From positions 1 to 64,000 of IMG/VR virus record IMGVR_UViG_3300028840_002150: DNA of 64,000 nt; one strand, given 5' to 3'. The stretch is from a virus. This document shows positions 10,559-20,160 of the stretch, in pieces. Below the pieces are notes generated by a model. It was given only the letters and a program-made list of their open reading frames with translations, was not told where the DNA came from and did no database searches. How positions within the stretch are numbered: the stretch's first letter is position 1; each line of letters starts with the position of its first letter. The position numbers and the translations under genes were made by a program.

Positions 10559-11050
10559 GTGAAAGCGATTAGGGTCAAACCGGGGCCGCGGTATGCGGCC
10601 CGCATCGAGGCGGCAATTGAGCGGGCGCAGGACGGCACCACGGTAATTGTACCGGGGCCGCGGGCGGCGTTTGCGGCCCAGCAGGCGGCCGACCGCGCGG
10701 GCAAGGCGGTTCAGGTGGAATACACCGCCGCCAATAAACCGGTCAATTGGGTATGGAAGAACGGACGCAATATCCGCAACCACTGGCCGCAGGTCGGTGA
10801 ATTGTTGAAATTCAACCGCATCCGCTACGAGCAGGACAAGGCGGGCTACTGGATTCCGTCAATCGGGGTTCAGATTATCGGTTGCCGCGAAGGTCTGTTG
10901 GAGCAGGATGTTCGGGATAACCGCCGCGATGACGCGGAGGCCGTCCTGGCTATCACAAGCGGGCGGATTACGGCGGACCACGAGGGAATGCCGATTATTG
11001 CCGGGGTACCGACGATGTTTCTGGAGTTGGCGCCGGGTACCGAGGACTGA
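10559..11050 (+). CDS. Hypothetical protein
   Basis: GTG start after GGAGG, directly downstream of the motif. Confidence 0.6.
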   Translation: MKAIRVKPGPRYAARIEAAIERAQDGTTVIVPGPRAAFAAQQAADRAGKAVQVEYTAANKPVNWVWKNGRNIRNHWPQVGELLKFNRIRYEQDKAGYWIPSIGVQIIGCREGLLEQDVRDNRRDDAEAVLAITSGRITADHEGMPIIAGVPTMFLELAPGTED

Positions 11051-11053
11051 ACT

Positions 11054-11233
11054 ATGCGGTGGCCGCGAGGCAAGTACAACGGTCAACGAATCGTAGGCTT
11101 TCGTATCACGTTCGCTTTGGACGTGACGCAATGGCGGTGGAAACCGTGCATCGGCCATTATTGCGGGGCGTTCCATTGGTTCTGCTTTCGTAGTTGGTGG
11201 ACCGCGGAATACAAGCAATGGGAGCGGCGATGA
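11054..11233 (+). CDS. Small Trp-rich hypothetical protein (59 aa, absent from ORF track)
   Basis: MRWPRGKYNGQRIVGFR...; ATGA overlap with the next ORF. Confidence 0.55.
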   Translation: MRWPRGKYNGQRIVGFRITFALDVTQWRWKPCIGHYCGAFHWFCFRSWWTAEYKQWERR

Positions 11234-11406
11234 CATACGGCAAATACGTGGCAACCGGAATCGAAGCGATTATCACGGCGGCTTTGGTGGCGTTTACCTT
11301 TCCGCTGGCGGTGCTTGGATGGTGCGTAAAACGGGTCGGAAACAGAAGCGATGAATACGCGAAGCTTAGCCGCTCGGCGTGTTGGGCGCGGTACCGGGAG
11401 AACTGA
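11230..11406 (+). CDS. Small membrane protein
   Basis: One hydrophobic helix; ATGA coupling. Confidence 0.45.
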   Translation: MTYGKYVATGIEAIITAALVAFTFPLAVLGWCVKRVGNRSDEYAKLSRSACWARYREN

Positions 11407-11412
11407 AGCCGA

Positions 11413-11766
11413 ATGACCGTCTACATGAAAGACCGCTCGGGCCGCATCCGATTGAACAAGCTGGTTGTCCCATCGGATACGGTGTTTCGGGTGCCGGAAT
11501 CGGTGGCGGTCTGCCCGATATGCGGCTCTACGCTATGGGCACAATGCGACGGGTGGAACGGCGGCTGGTCCGCAACGGACGATGGCTTGTGGGTAGCCGA
11601 CTCCATTGACATCGACTGCGAAATGGAACCGGATATTACAGACCCGGACTGGCATGAATGGTTTGACGGCCACTACTCCATGCCTTACGTGGATTGGTTG
11701 CCGGTGGATCAGGTGGTTCGGCGGTGGATCAATCGGAACTTTCGGTTTTGGATGGAGGCGGCATGA
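11413..11766 (+). CDS. Hypothetical protein with CxxC
   Basis: CPICG motif; ATGA overlap with the next gene. Confidence 0.6.
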   Translation: MTVYMKDRSGRIRLNKLVVPSDTVFRVPESVAVCPICGSTLWAQCDGWNGGWSATDDGLWVADSIDIDCEMEPDITDPDWHEWFDGHYSMPYVDWLPVDQVVRRWINRNFRFWMEAA

Positions 11767-12110
11767 CCATCGCATACCAAGAGACCAGCCGCGAGGCATG
11801 GCAGCAATGCGTCAAGGGCGAACTAGACAGGGCCATTTGCGCGGCCCTGGAAGGTGCCGGAACCGCCGGGCTAATCGACGAAGAGATAGAGGGCCGAATC
11901 AAGCGGGACCATCAATCTGTGAGCGGCAATCGGCGGCATTTGGTAGAGCGGGGTCTGGTCCGCAAGACATGCCTTTGCGGAGTCACCACCCGCGGGAAAA
12001 AGGCTATCCGCTGGGTGCTTTCCAAATACTATGACCCGGCCATTCATTCGTCCGAGGATGAGCCGTGGATTCCGAAGCCGGAAACCCGGACGCAATCCAC
12101 CTTGTTTTGA
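11763..12110 (+). CDS. Winged-HTH DNA-binding protein
   Basis: ETSREAW..GLIDEEI..HQSVSGNRRHLVERGLV...TTRGKKAIRW pattern. Confidence 0.6.
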   Translation: MTIAYQETSREAWQQCVKGELDRAICAALEGAGTAGLIDEEIEGRIKRDHQSVSGNRRHLVERGLVRKTCLCGVTTRGKKAIRWVLSKYYDPAIHSSEDEPWIPKPETRTQSTLF

Positions 12111-12124
12111 AAGGGACTGGCGAC

Positions 12125-12331
12125 ATGGCGAAAAATCAAAAGCGGTTTCCGCTAACGGCCCGTATCGTCGGCGCCGGATTGGTGTCCATCCCGTTCGTTT
12201 CGCTGGCCATCATGATGATCGTCGCAGATGGGTGGGCGACAATGTTGCTTGTATTCGGGGGCGTGTTTGCGTATCTCGCGTGCATTGTCGGTGGAGCGTA
12301 TTTGTTGTCTGGCTCTTTACCAAAATCCTGA
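12125..12331 (+). CDS. Two-TM membrane protein
   Basis: Two hydrophobic segments; upstream AAGGGA. Confidence 0.55.
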   Translation: MAKNQKRFPLTARIVGAGLVSIPFVSLAIMMIVADGWATMLLVFGGVFAYLACIVGGAYLLSGSLPKS

Positions 12332-12344
12332 AAGGAAGTGAATT

Positions 12345-12737
12345 GTGCGCGTCTATTTGTGCGGGCCTATCAACGCATGTAATGATGACCAAGCGACAAC
12401 ATGGCGGGAATGGTTCAAGCGTTGCTCCGGCTTGCCTGCCGTTTTTGTTGATCCAATGAAGCGAGACTATCGCGGGAAGGAGCAGATCGACTACCGCGAG
12501 ATTGTGGATTTGGACAAGCGGGACATCCGGAGTTGCGATTTCGTCGTCGTGATGTATTCCAAGCCGAGCGTCGGCACGTCAATGGAGGTGTTCTACGCTT
12601 GGACGCTTGGCATTGCTGTAATCGTTATCGACAAATCGTCTGATTTGCTGTCTCCGTGGTTGCGCTATCATGCAACCGCCATAGTCACAACCAAAGGGGC
12701 GGCGGTCGAAAAGCTTGCACAATGGACTGAAGTATGA
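12345..12737 (+). CDS. Nucleoside 2-deoxyribosyltransferase-like protein
   Basis: VYLCGPI, DKRDIRSCD and SVGTSME (catalytic Glu) motifs. Confidence 0.75.
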   Translation: MRVYLCGPINACNDDQATTWREWFKRCSGLPAVFVDPMKRDYRGKEQIDYREIVDLDKRDIRSCDFVVVMYSKPSVGTSMEVFYAWTLGIAVIVIDKSSDLLSPWLRYHATAIVTTKGAAVEKLAQWTEV

Positions 12738-13390
12738 TTGTTTTGCTGGGCGAATTCAACGGCAAGTCGAAAGTGATGCCGTATCTTGCGAAAAATTCGT
12801 GGGGTCGCATGTGGGCCAGCTACGGACCCACATGGAGCTATGACGACGAACCATGGGGATTCGACAACGGTGCATGGAGCTGCTATGTAAAAGGCAGGCC
12901 GTTCGATGTTGCCAAGTTTAAGAGGCGACTCGCGACGGCACTCGAGCGATCCGTGTATCCTCCGGTGGTTGCGGTCGTGCCAGACGTTGTTGGCAATGGC
13001 CTTGCAACGCTCGCAGAGGCGGTGAAATGGCGTGACGAGTTGCCTAGTGAATGGCCGTGGTTTCTGGCGGTGCAGGACGGGTGTTGCGTGGAGCGCGTTC
13101 GACGGGAGCTGTTTCATTGGGAGGGGATTTTTCTGGGAGGGACAGACGCGTTCAAGCGGACCGCTGGACTTTGGTGTGAGCTAGCACACCGGCACGACAA
13201 GCCGTTTCATTTCGCACGTTGTAATCGCGAAGCGTGGATAAGAAACGCCATTGACATCGGCGCGGATTCGATCGACACAACGCGTCCGGTGAAGGAGTAC
13301 AGCTACGGCACACAAAAGGGACGGTCTTGGTTTCGGCGGTTTGAGCAACTTGTGACCGGCAACGACCGTCAACAAAGGCTCGCTATATGA
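12734..13390 (+). CDS. TGT/DpdA-like (guanine transglycosylase-fold) protein
   Basis: FDNGAW, VPDVVG, AVQDG, FLGGT, HFARCN and DSID motif series. Confidence 0.55.
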   Translation: MIVLLGEFNGKSKVMPYLAKNSWGRMWASYGPTWSYDDEPWGFDNGAWSCYVKGRPFDVAKFKRRLATALERSVYPPVVAVVPDVVGNGLATLAEAVKWRDELPSEWPWFLAVQDGCCVERVRRELFHWEGIFLGGTDAFKRTAGLWCELAHRHDKPFHFARCNREAWIRNAIDIGADSIDTTRPVKEYSYGTQKGRSWFRRFEQLVTGNDRQQRLAI

Positions 13391-13602
13391 CGTTCGAAAC
13401 AAAAGCGCCGGACATGGACGGCATAGTTTCCGGTGCGATTCGTTTGGTGTTATTACAGGAGGAGTACCATCGCTTGGCAAAACAAACGAACTTTACCAGG
13501 GAATACGCTAACACGCATTTGGAACCAGTGTGGACAAAAATAGTTCGCGCTAGGCGTGAATTACGAGTGTCTGTTTTGAACCTACGCACAAGCAAAACAT
13601 GA
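13387..13602 (+). CDS. Hypothetical protein
   Basis: ATGA-coupled ORF. Confidence 0.4.
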   Translation: MTFETKAPDMDGIVSGAIRLVLLQEEYHRLAKQTNFTREYANTHLEPVWTKIVRARRELRVSVLNLRTSKT

Positions 13603-13615
13603 AAGGACCGCTATC

Positions 13616-14179
13616 GTGCCCGTAACCTACCGCGGTGCCGCCAATGACATGCGCGGCAAGGAAGCCTTGGAATTAGTCGATCACGTTATGAAACTCTACC
13701 ACGGCCCGAAGCGGGACGCGGGAACTTCGGTTGACATCATCTTCGCCTATCCGCCAACGGACCAAAACGGCGATCCAAGCGGGCCGGCGCTGAAGTCCCG
13801 CGGCCATCGCTGCGCGGCATGTATTCGCTCGACAAACCTAAAGGAGCGAGCGGCGGGCCGCGCGGACCTGGAAATCACGATTGATTCCGAATGGTGGGAC
13901 GAGCATTCGGCGGAAGAACGCGTGGCCCTCGTCGATCACGAACTATGCCACAAGGAATTGGCGGAGGACAGCAACGGCGGTGTGAAGCGGGACGATCTGG
14001 ACCGACCGAAATTTCGGACCCGCTATCACGATTATGAGTTCGGGTGGTTCGAGGAGATCGGCCGGCGGCACGGACAGAACGCCGGCGAGGTCCAGCAATT
14101 CGAGGATTTTCAATGCAAAGTGTATCAACAACTTTGGCTGCCGTACATGGAAGAGGAGCCGGAGCGGAAGGCGGGATAA
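13616..14179 (+). CDS. Putative phage metallopeptidase
   Basis: ALVDHELCH (HExxH) with downstream HDYE..F.E...RHG. Confidence 0.75.
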   Translation: MPVTYRGAANDMRGKEALELVDHVMKLYHGPKRDAGTSVDIIFAYPPTDQNGDPSGPALKSRGHRCAACIRSTNLKERAAGRADLEITIDSEWWDEHSAEERVALVDHELCHKELAEDSNGGVKRDDLDRPKFRTRYHDYEFGWFEEIGRRHGQNAGEVQQFEDFQCKVYQQLWLPYMEEEPERKAG

Positions 14180-14409
14180 TGCAGGAGCAGGAACCCGCAA
14201 AAACCGCATCGCGGCAAATGGCCGAGCGAGCCTACGCCAACATGCGGGCCAGCCAGCAGCCGGCCACACCACCGCGGCTGGTACACCGCACCGGCGGCAA
14301 GCACCCCAACCGCAATGATCTGTGCCCCTGTGGAAGCGGGAAGAAGTACAAGCGGTGCTGCCTCCGCTCCGCACGGCACCCCCTAGCAGAAGCCCCGCCT
14401 AGCGTGTAG
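14179..14409 (+). CDS. SEC-C motif protein
   Basis: RNDLCPCGSGKKYKRCC. Confidence 0.8.
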   Translation: MQEQEPAKTASRQMAERAYANMRASQQPATPPRLVHRTGGKHPNRNDLCPCGSGKKYKRCCLRSARHPLAEAPPSV

Positions 14410-14439
14410 AGATCCCGGCATCGAAAAGGCCAAGCCTCT

Positions 14440-14763
14440 ATGGATGCAAGTTCCACACCGCCCGATACACTGGCAGAAATCGAGGTCGGCGATATTGTGC
14501 TGGTCGCTTGGCTGGACGCTTGCCACGGCCCGCAAGGCTGGCATTCCATGTCGGAAATTCCGGAGCTTGGCACTTGCGCAACGGCGGCGTGGGTTGTGGC
14601 CGTCAGTGAAGAATCTATCAAGCTGGCCGGTACGGTCGGATGGAACCGCAAGGCGGACTGCGTGGACGCGGACGACATGGTGGGGCATACAACGACCATT
14701 CCGCGCCCGTGGATTCAGGCGGTGGAGCGGTTGCGACCGACAACCATTTTACGCGGGGCCTGA
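14440..14763 (+). CDS. Conserved phage hypothetical protein
   Basis: V.V.W.DA....GW ... IP..WI pattern. Confidence 0.55.
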   Translation: MDASSTPPDTLAEIEVGDIVLVAWLDACHGPQGWHSMSEIPELGTCATAAWVVAVSEESIKLAGTVGWNRKADCVDADDMVGHTTTIPRPWIQAVERLRPTTILRGA

Positions 14764-14764
14764 T

Positions 14765-16060
14765 ATGGCGAAAGCATCAGCGGGCACAGCGGAGCGGGTG
14801 GCGTGGTCCGAGGACCGGCGGGAAAACGAGTGGACGATTATCTGCGGGACGGACGTGGCGGAAAGCCCGGAAGAAGCCTTTCGGCGGTGCGGCGCCGATC
14901 CGGCGGTTTGGTTTATCGCCGGGGTCAAGGTCAACGAATGGAACATGACCGGGCGGGTGCGCACGACGGCGCGGCGATATTCGGGCGGCGCGGACCATCA
15001 GCACAGGCAAGCCGGGGCCCGCTGCGACAGCGGCAACAAGGCGGCGCCCGAGGCGGATTGGACATCGGAGTTCGGCCGCTTCACCAACCGGCAAATGACC
15101 ATCACGCTCCGGCGCCGGATGCCCCAGCCTACAGCGGAGGCCATCCGGATCATCACGGAGCGGATGGCAAAGCATCGGGTTCAATGGCCGAAGATCAAGC
15201 GGCCAAAGTTACCCAAGGGGGAGCGGTTATTGCTGGAGTCGAGCATTGTAGATGCCCACTTCGGCAAGCTGGCTTGGCCACCGGAGACCGGCGACAGATA
15301 CGACATCAAGGAAGCCAAGGACCGCTACATTCACCCGGTCCACGAAACGGCCGCATGGGCGCAGGGCAAGCCCATCGCACGCGTGGCCTATATTGTTGGG
15401 CATGACCTGCTACATTCCGAGGGCGCCAGCCAGAAGACCGCGCATGACACGCCCCAGGATTGCGACGGACGCTGGCAGAAAGCGTACATGGCCGCCTTCG
15501 ATTCGGTCTGCTACGGGATCGAGTACATGGCCGCGCACGTCGCCCCGGTGGACGTGGTGGTGGTACCGGGCAACCACGACAAGACAACCACGTTCTATCT
15601 CGGTCACGCGTTACAGCAGCGGTACCGGGACTGCGAAGACATCGCGGTGGACAACTCACCGCGGGCCCGCAAGCGGCTTCGGTGGGGAACGGTGCTGCTT
15701 GGATTTTGCCACGGCGGCTACAAAGACGACCCGTCCGAACGAGACCTGCCTCTGAACATGGCTCAGGAATGGAAACGCGACTGGGCGGAAACATTTTGGC
15801 GGGAATGGCATCTCGGCGACAAGCACATTCACACACGGGCGCACACGCCGAACAAGCCGCGTGGATACGAGCAGACGGACAACACCTACACGGGCGTGGT
15901 GGTCCGGCGGTTGCCAAGTCTTTGCGGCACCGACGCGTGGCACTACGGCAAGGGCTATCTCGGTTTGCAATCCTCTGAGGCTTATTTGTGGTCGGACATT
16001 CGTGGCCCGGCTGGTTCTCTGACTATCCCGTGGTTCTACAAGGAGCAAGGGGCGGCATGA
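14765..16060 (+). CDS. Calcineurin-like metallophosphoesterase
   Basis: DAHFG, GHDLLH, PGNHD, CHG and GDKH motifs. Confidence 0.85.
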   Translation: MAKASAGTAERVAWSEDRRENEWTIICGTDVAESPEEAFRRCGADPAVWFIAGVKVNEWNMTGRVRTTARRYSGGADHQHRQAGARCDSGNKAAPEADWTSEFGRFTNRQMTITLRRRMPQPTAEAIRIITERMAKHRVQWPKIKRPKLPKGERLLLESSIVDAHFGKLAWPPETGDRYDIKEAKDRYIHPVHETAAWAQGKPIARVAYIVGHDLLHSEGASQKTAHDTPQDCDGRWQKAYMAAFDSVCYGIEYMAAHVAPVDVVVVPGNHDKTTTFYLGHALQQRYRDCEDIAVDNSPRARKRLRWGTVLLGFCHGGYKDDPSERDLPLNMAQEWKRDWAETFWREWHLGDKHIHTRAHTPNKPRGYEQTDNTYTGVVVRRLPSLCGTDAWHYGKGYLGLQSSEAYLWSDIRGPAGSLTIPWFYKEQGAA

Positions 16061-16473
16061 ACGAAATGACCGTGGAAATTGAGGGGCGGCTGGTTCCGGC
16101 GAAACCGTTTACCCGCGCGGAGTTCGCAACAATTAACGGCATTGGAAAAACCGCTGCCAGGGCATGGCTCGTGAAGCATGCCGAAGCGGGGCATCTCGAT
16201 GTCGACCAGAACGGGTCGACAAACGTCTACCGACTATGTGACGGGCAATCATGGATAAACTATTATCACGAGCCGGATAAAGCGGGCACCCACCCAAGCG
16301 ACCGCGAAACGATTGGGATTTCCGCCAACGAACACCTGGACTTGGTTCGGCGATTGCCGTATTTGGAGGGCCGCATCATCGAGGCCGTGACTCGGCAACC
16401 GATGCGCCGTTCCGAGCTGGAATACGCGCGGGACTGCCTGGACCAACTTATTCAGCGGGAGTACGGGGAATGA
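16057..16473 (+). CDS. HTH + degenerate DUF3310-like protein
   Basis: N-terminal HTH-like segment; C-terminal HP...LPYLEG.II..VTR....ELEYAR..L..LI. Confidence 0.4.
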   Translation: MNEMTVEIEGRLVPAKPFTRAEFATINGIGKTAARAWLVKHAEAGHLDVDQNGSTNVYRLCDGQSWINYYHEPDKAGTHPSDRETIGISANEHLDLVRRLPYLEGRIIEAVTRQPMRRSELEYARDCLDQLIQREYGE

Positions 16474-16575
16474 ACGGCATGGGGCTAGTCGATTGGCTAA
16501 AGGTGGCCGCCGATGTCGCACTTATCATTTTCTGTGTGGGGCTGATCTACAAAGCGGTGTGGAAGGGGTGCTGAC

Positions 16576-16851
16576 ATGGCGGAGAAAGAATCCAATGAAA
16601 CCGTCCTGCCCGAGGGCACGCAGGTGGACGGGCTGACGCTGATCTACTCCCAGCCGTGCGACGCGTGCGGCGGGGACGGGATATGCAACACGCTGACGCT
16701 GGAGTCATTGGACGGCGGCGGCGGGCGGTATTGGGCAATTGAAACGGACCGCTGGACGTTCGATAGCCGGGAAGAATTGCTGGCCATACTCGCGGACGCG
16801 GAACGGCGGGCCAAGGACATCAACGATTACAAAAAGGGCGATACGGCATGA
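16576..16851 (+). CDS. Hypothetical protein
   Basis: ORF with RBS; coupled to the next gene. Confidence 0.6.
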   Translation: MAEKESNETVLPEGTQVDGLTLIYSQPCDACGGDGICNTLTLESLDGGGGRYWAIETDRWTFDSREELLAILADAERRAKDINDYKKGDTA

Positions 16852-17243
16852 GCGGCGGGCAAGATGAAGCGGCGGAACAAATCCAAACCACGGGCGTCGC
16901 GGGCAGCATCAGCAAGGACATCGAGTTCGGCAGGGGAACCGCGTGCCCCACGGCCGATGTTCGGCCGCAACCGGACCTGACCCGCATGGACTTCGGGTGC
17001 CCCTCTCCGAGCGGTTTACAATCCGCTGCCCCCGCCGATCCGGAACATCGGGTACGAGCGGAGGAAAGCCGCGAATGCTGCCAGGGAGAATGCGGGGCAT
17101 ATCCGCCCGGATCTTGCCGGGACGAGGTGGCATGGGCTATTCGTAACAACGAGCGGGACAAAGCGTTGCGGATGCTGGCATCCAGATTGGACCAACTGGA
17201 GCGGGTAGCCCGAACGGCGGCAATCGGGACCGGCGGAAAATAA
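16848..17243 (+). CDS. Hypothetical protein
   Basis: ATGA coupling. Confidence 0.45.
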   Translation: MSGGQDEAAEQIQTTGVAGSISKDIEFGRGTACPTADVRPQPDLTRMDFGCPSPSGLQSAAPADPEHRVRAEESRECCQGECGAYPPGSCRDEVAWAIRNNERDKALRMLASRLDQLERVARTAAIGTGGK

Positions 17244-17257
17244 TTCTGATTCCGCGG

Positions 17258-17283
17258 CAATATCGGCCGCCGTCTGCCGAATA
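17258..17283 (+). promoter_or_regulatory. Repeated promoter-like motif
   Basis: caatatc ggccgccgtctgc cgaata. Confidence 0.75.
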
Positions 17284-17331
17284 CCCTATTATGTTTCCGA
17301 TATTGGGGTACAATCAGCGGAGGGGCAAGCC

Positions 17332-17574
17332 ATGATTTATCGGCCAGGACCTGGCTGGCAACGGGCCGGAACCGCACCCGTGTATGAGCATTCGTCCGGG
17401 CTACGGGTGCATACGGGCGGGCTGGTACGGTTGCCGAACGGGCATATCGTCAATGGGTATCTGTGGCCGGAGTCTAGCCGGTTTTGGCGGGCCGTGCGGA
17501 TATGCGGTGGCAACCAACGTCGAGGGGCGATGGTTTGGGCGTTGTGGTGTGCGGAAAAGGTGGAGGAACAATGA
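17332..17574 (+). CDS. Hypothetical protein
   Basis: GGAGG RBS, downstream of the motif. Confidence 0.55.
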   Translation: MIYRPGPGWQRAGTAPVYEHSSGLRVHTGGLVRLPNGHIVNGYLWPESSRFWRAVRICGGNQRRGAMVWALWCAEKVEEQ

Positions 17575-17828
17575 GCCAAGCACCCGTAGTAAACAAGACC
17601 GTTTCGATTGACCAAAACTACGCGGATCTGTTGGCGAAAATGCGCTTATTAGATCGCCAGGGAATCGCGGCGAAGTGCGCACATTGCGGACGGACAAAAG
17701 GCGATCATTTGCCGGACGGGCGGTGTTCAACAAGCTGTCTGTCGCGGTCGTTTCACAACGTACATCACGATTTGCGGCAACGGATCGAAAGGGCAGTGGA
17801 ACTGATTGAGCAATTGCTGGAGCTGTGA
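17571..17828 (+). CDS. Hypothetical protein with CxxC..H
   Basis: GGAGG RBS; ATGA overlap. Confidence 0.5.
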   Translation: MSQAPVVNKTVSIDQNYADLLAKMRLLDRQGIAAKCAHCGRTKGDHLPDGRCSTSCLSRSFHNVHHDLRQRIERAVELIEQLLEL

Positions 17829-18592
17829 CGGTGAGCATTCTACCAGCAGACACCATCGAGCAGCTACAGAGCCTCGGGCCGGTGTGGCAATCCACGGACG
17901 GTCGGATCGTGCTTTGTAACTGCGATTGCCTGGAAGGGCTGAAGGTGTTGCCGGAGGGGTGTGTGGATGCGGTGGTGACGGATCCCGTTTACGGAATAAG
18001 CAACCACGAATTTCGGTCTACGCTGCCAAGTACAAAAGGGCGAGTCGACGACAGACCGTTGCAAGGCGATGAATCACTTGCGGTAGTGGATGGAATAATG
18101 CGGTGGCTTCCGCCGCAAATGCCGGCGGTAATATGGGGTGCCAATAATTTTCCGCACCTATTGCCGCACAAGGGTCGCTGGCTTTGTTGGGATAAACGAA
18201 TAACGGAAGCGGCCGATAGGATGCTTGGAAGCGCGTTCGAGCTTGCATGGTCGAACAGGCACGGCGGATTTGGCCGCATGATTCGTTGCCTACATGGAGG
18301 AGTCGTGAATGCGGACAAGGGGCGGCGTTGTCATCCAACGCAAAAACCGGTTGCGGTTATGAGGCAATGCGTAGAGTATACGCGCGGGACTCGCGTGATT
18401 GATATGTGTATCGGCTCCGGCACTACCGCTATCGCCTGCATTCGCACAGACCGTTCCTGCATCGGAATGGAAATCGACAAGGATTACTGGGCCGTGGCAG
18501 TATCGCGGTGTGAGCGTGAGTACGCACGTACCGCGCTACTGGACGGGGTGGGATCGGTGGAGACGCGGAAGCAAGGGGATTTGTTCGAATGA
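17825..18592 (+). CDS. DNA methyltransferase (N4/N6, beta class)
   Basis: DCLEG..VDAVVTDPVYG (DPPY variant), HPTQKP, GSGTT..A..IGMEID. Confidence 0.85.
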   Translation: MTVSILPADTIEQLQSLGPVWQSTDGRIVLCNCDCLEGLKVLPEGCVDAVVTDPVYGISNHEFRSTLPSTKGRVDDRPLQGDESLAVVDGIMRWLPPQMPAVIWGANNFPHLLPHKGRWLCWDKRITEAADRMLGSAFELAWSNRHGGFGRMIRCLHGGVVNADKGRRCHPTQKPVAVMRQCVEYTRGTRVIDMCIGSGTTAIACIRTDRSCIGMEIDKDYWAVAVSRCEREYARTALLDGVGSVETRKQGDLFE

Positions 18593-18822
18593 CAGACAAG
18601 CCAGAACAAAAGCGGATCGTAGCATACAAACTCAGCAGGCCGGACGCGGGCGGCGGGTGGATGCATGCGGGAATAAATCCGCTTGAAATAGGAGTCACAA
18701 TCAGCAACGAAATTGCAGCCAATGAAGGTCTGCCGGCAGACGAGTGCGACAAGATCGTACTCGAGGCGCATGAAACAACGCAAGCAGAGATTGACTCGCT
18801 GCCGGAATTCGGAGGATGGTAG
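18589..18822 (+). CDS. Hypothetical protein
   Basis: ATGA coupling. Confidence 0.5.
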   Translation: MTDKPEQKRIVAYKLSRPDAGGGWMHAGINPLEIGVTISNEIAANEGLPADECDKIVLEAHETTQAEIDSLPEFGGW

Positions 18823-18830
18823 CAACCCGT

Positions 18831-18891
18831 CGCGAGTAGGGCGGACAGGCTGGTGTCTGACCGGGGCCGGGTTCGATTCCCGGACGTGCGA
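18831..18891 (+). other. tRNA-like fragment (T-arm plus imperfect acceptor stem)
   Basis: CCGGG-TTCGATT-CCCGG at 18867-18883; CGCGAGT/ACGTGCG pair 6 of 7; no complete D or anticodon arms. Confidence 0.35.
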
Positions 18892-18913
18892 AAGCGGCGG
18901 GCCGTTTCTACCG

Positions 18914-20080
18914 TTACCCCCAGGTGAGCATTGCCTTGGCCGCAGCTTCCATGTCTCGCTCCGCGTAGATTTCCGTGGTCCGCAAATCCGAATGGCCGAG
19001 AATGATCCGGGACATTTCGGCGCCGTACTGGCGGCGGATTTCGGTAGCCGCGGTGTGGCGTAACTGATTTGGCGTCCAGGGTGGTATGCCAGCCCGCTGG
19101 CAGGCGAACCGCACCGCATCTGAGTAGCCCGAGTTTTTGTAGGGCCGGTTGGCCAGCTTGGAATGCCGGTCCCGTATCCGCTTCGGCTTGCCGCCGGATT
19201 TTTGTCGTTGGCGCCAGCCCTTTCCCTCGCAGGGACGAAACAGATACCGCTCGGGTTCAGCCGGTTGCATCCAGGCGGTGAGTAGGTCCTGGGCGCGGGG
19301 CCCGCACAGGATAAGCCGGTGCTTGCCGTGGTGCTCGGTCTTGTGCGAAGCGGGACGATACACCCAGACTTGGCCGCGGAGTTGAGCCGGAACGGCAGCA
19401 TCTTCGGCCCGAACATCGCAGGTCCGCACGATCCGGGCTTCACCCGGCCGGCAGCCGGTGTATAGCTGAAACTGGATCATAGCCCAGACCGGCGGGGTGA
19501 CGTATTCGCGGATAGCCTCGACGTGCTCCAGCGGCGCGGGCGGAACATCTCGCGGTTCCGGGGCGTCGGTTTCTTCCCGCCGCAATCCCCGGACCGCCTG
19601 AAGGCCGATCAGCACATCGGGCGGCAGGTACTCCCGCTCCACCCCCCAGCGCCAGACATTTCGGATCCGGCTGACGTGGCCGTTGACCCGGCGCCGGGTG
19701 TAGCCGTGCTCAACCAATTTCTGGCGGCAGGCAATCAGCGCTTGCGGCCCAAATGAGGCGGCCGGAATTCCAGAGTACATCTCAACCACTGGGCGCAGGG
19801 CGTACCGATAGGAGCGAATTTCGCTGGTTGGTGTTCCGGCCTTTTGGTACCGTTTTTCGGCCCAAGAGTAAAATAGGGAGACCAGCTCTGCAACCGTCAG
19901 GACCGCATCGGGTTCCAGGTCCGGCTCGTTGCCGGCCAGGTGTTCCGCGATGACCCGGTGGTATTTGGCGTGGCTTTCCGGGGTACCCCATTTCCCGAGG
20001 TAGATGGCCCGGCCGCGGAGCCGGATTCTGGCCTGTCCGCTGGAGTGGGGCTTCTGCGGGTATTTCGGAGTTCCGGCCAT
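18914..20080 (-). CDS. int: Tyrosine recombinase / phage integrase
   Basis: TGCRPGE (R), HKT (K), PNQLRH, ILGH, TTEIYA (Y); N-terminus GQARIRLRGRAIYLGKWGTPES resembles planctomycete integrases. Confidence 0.93.
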   Translation of the reverse strand: MAGTPKYPQKPHSSGQARIRLRGRAIYLGKWGTPESHAKYHRVIAEHLAGNEPDLEPDAVLTVAELVSLFYSWAEKRYQKAGTPTSEIRSYRYALRPVVEMYSGIPAASFGPQALIACRQKLVEHGYTRRRVNGHVSRIRNVWRWGVEREYLPPDVLIGLQAVRGLRREETDAPEPRDVPPAPLEHVEAIREYVTPPVWAMIQFQLYTGCRPGEARIVRTCDVRAEDAAVPAQLRGQVWVYRPASHKTEHHGKHRLILCGPRAQDLLTAWMQPAEPERYLFRPCEGKGWRQRQKSGGKPKRIRDRHSKLANRPYKNSGYSDAVRFACQRAGIPPWTPNQLRHTAATEIRRQYGAEMSRIILGHSDLRTTEIYAERDMEAAAKAMLTWG

Positions 20081-20131
20081 GGCTCCCGCCTCCTGGGGTA
20101 ATGGTTGCGGCATATCGGATGCTGATGGTAA

Positions 20132-20160
20132 GATATACCCAATCGGGCGGGAAAGGTCAA
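20132..20160 (-). promoter_or_regulatory. Sigma70-like promoter for integrase
   Basis: Minus strand TTGACC-N17-TATATC. Confidence 0.4.

Noticed and set aside
14444-14764. N-terminal extension of the phosphoesterase ORF
   Set aside because: It overlaps the better-supported 14440-14763 gene; the start at 14765 fits operon packing.
18831-18891. Complete tRNA gene
   Set aside because: Too short, with no separate D and anticodon arms and no CCA.
18914-20080. Integrase as integron integrase IntI
   Set aside because: It has a phage-type N-terminal arm-binding region and NQLRH, no recognisable IntI signature, and lies 13 kb from the attC-like sites.
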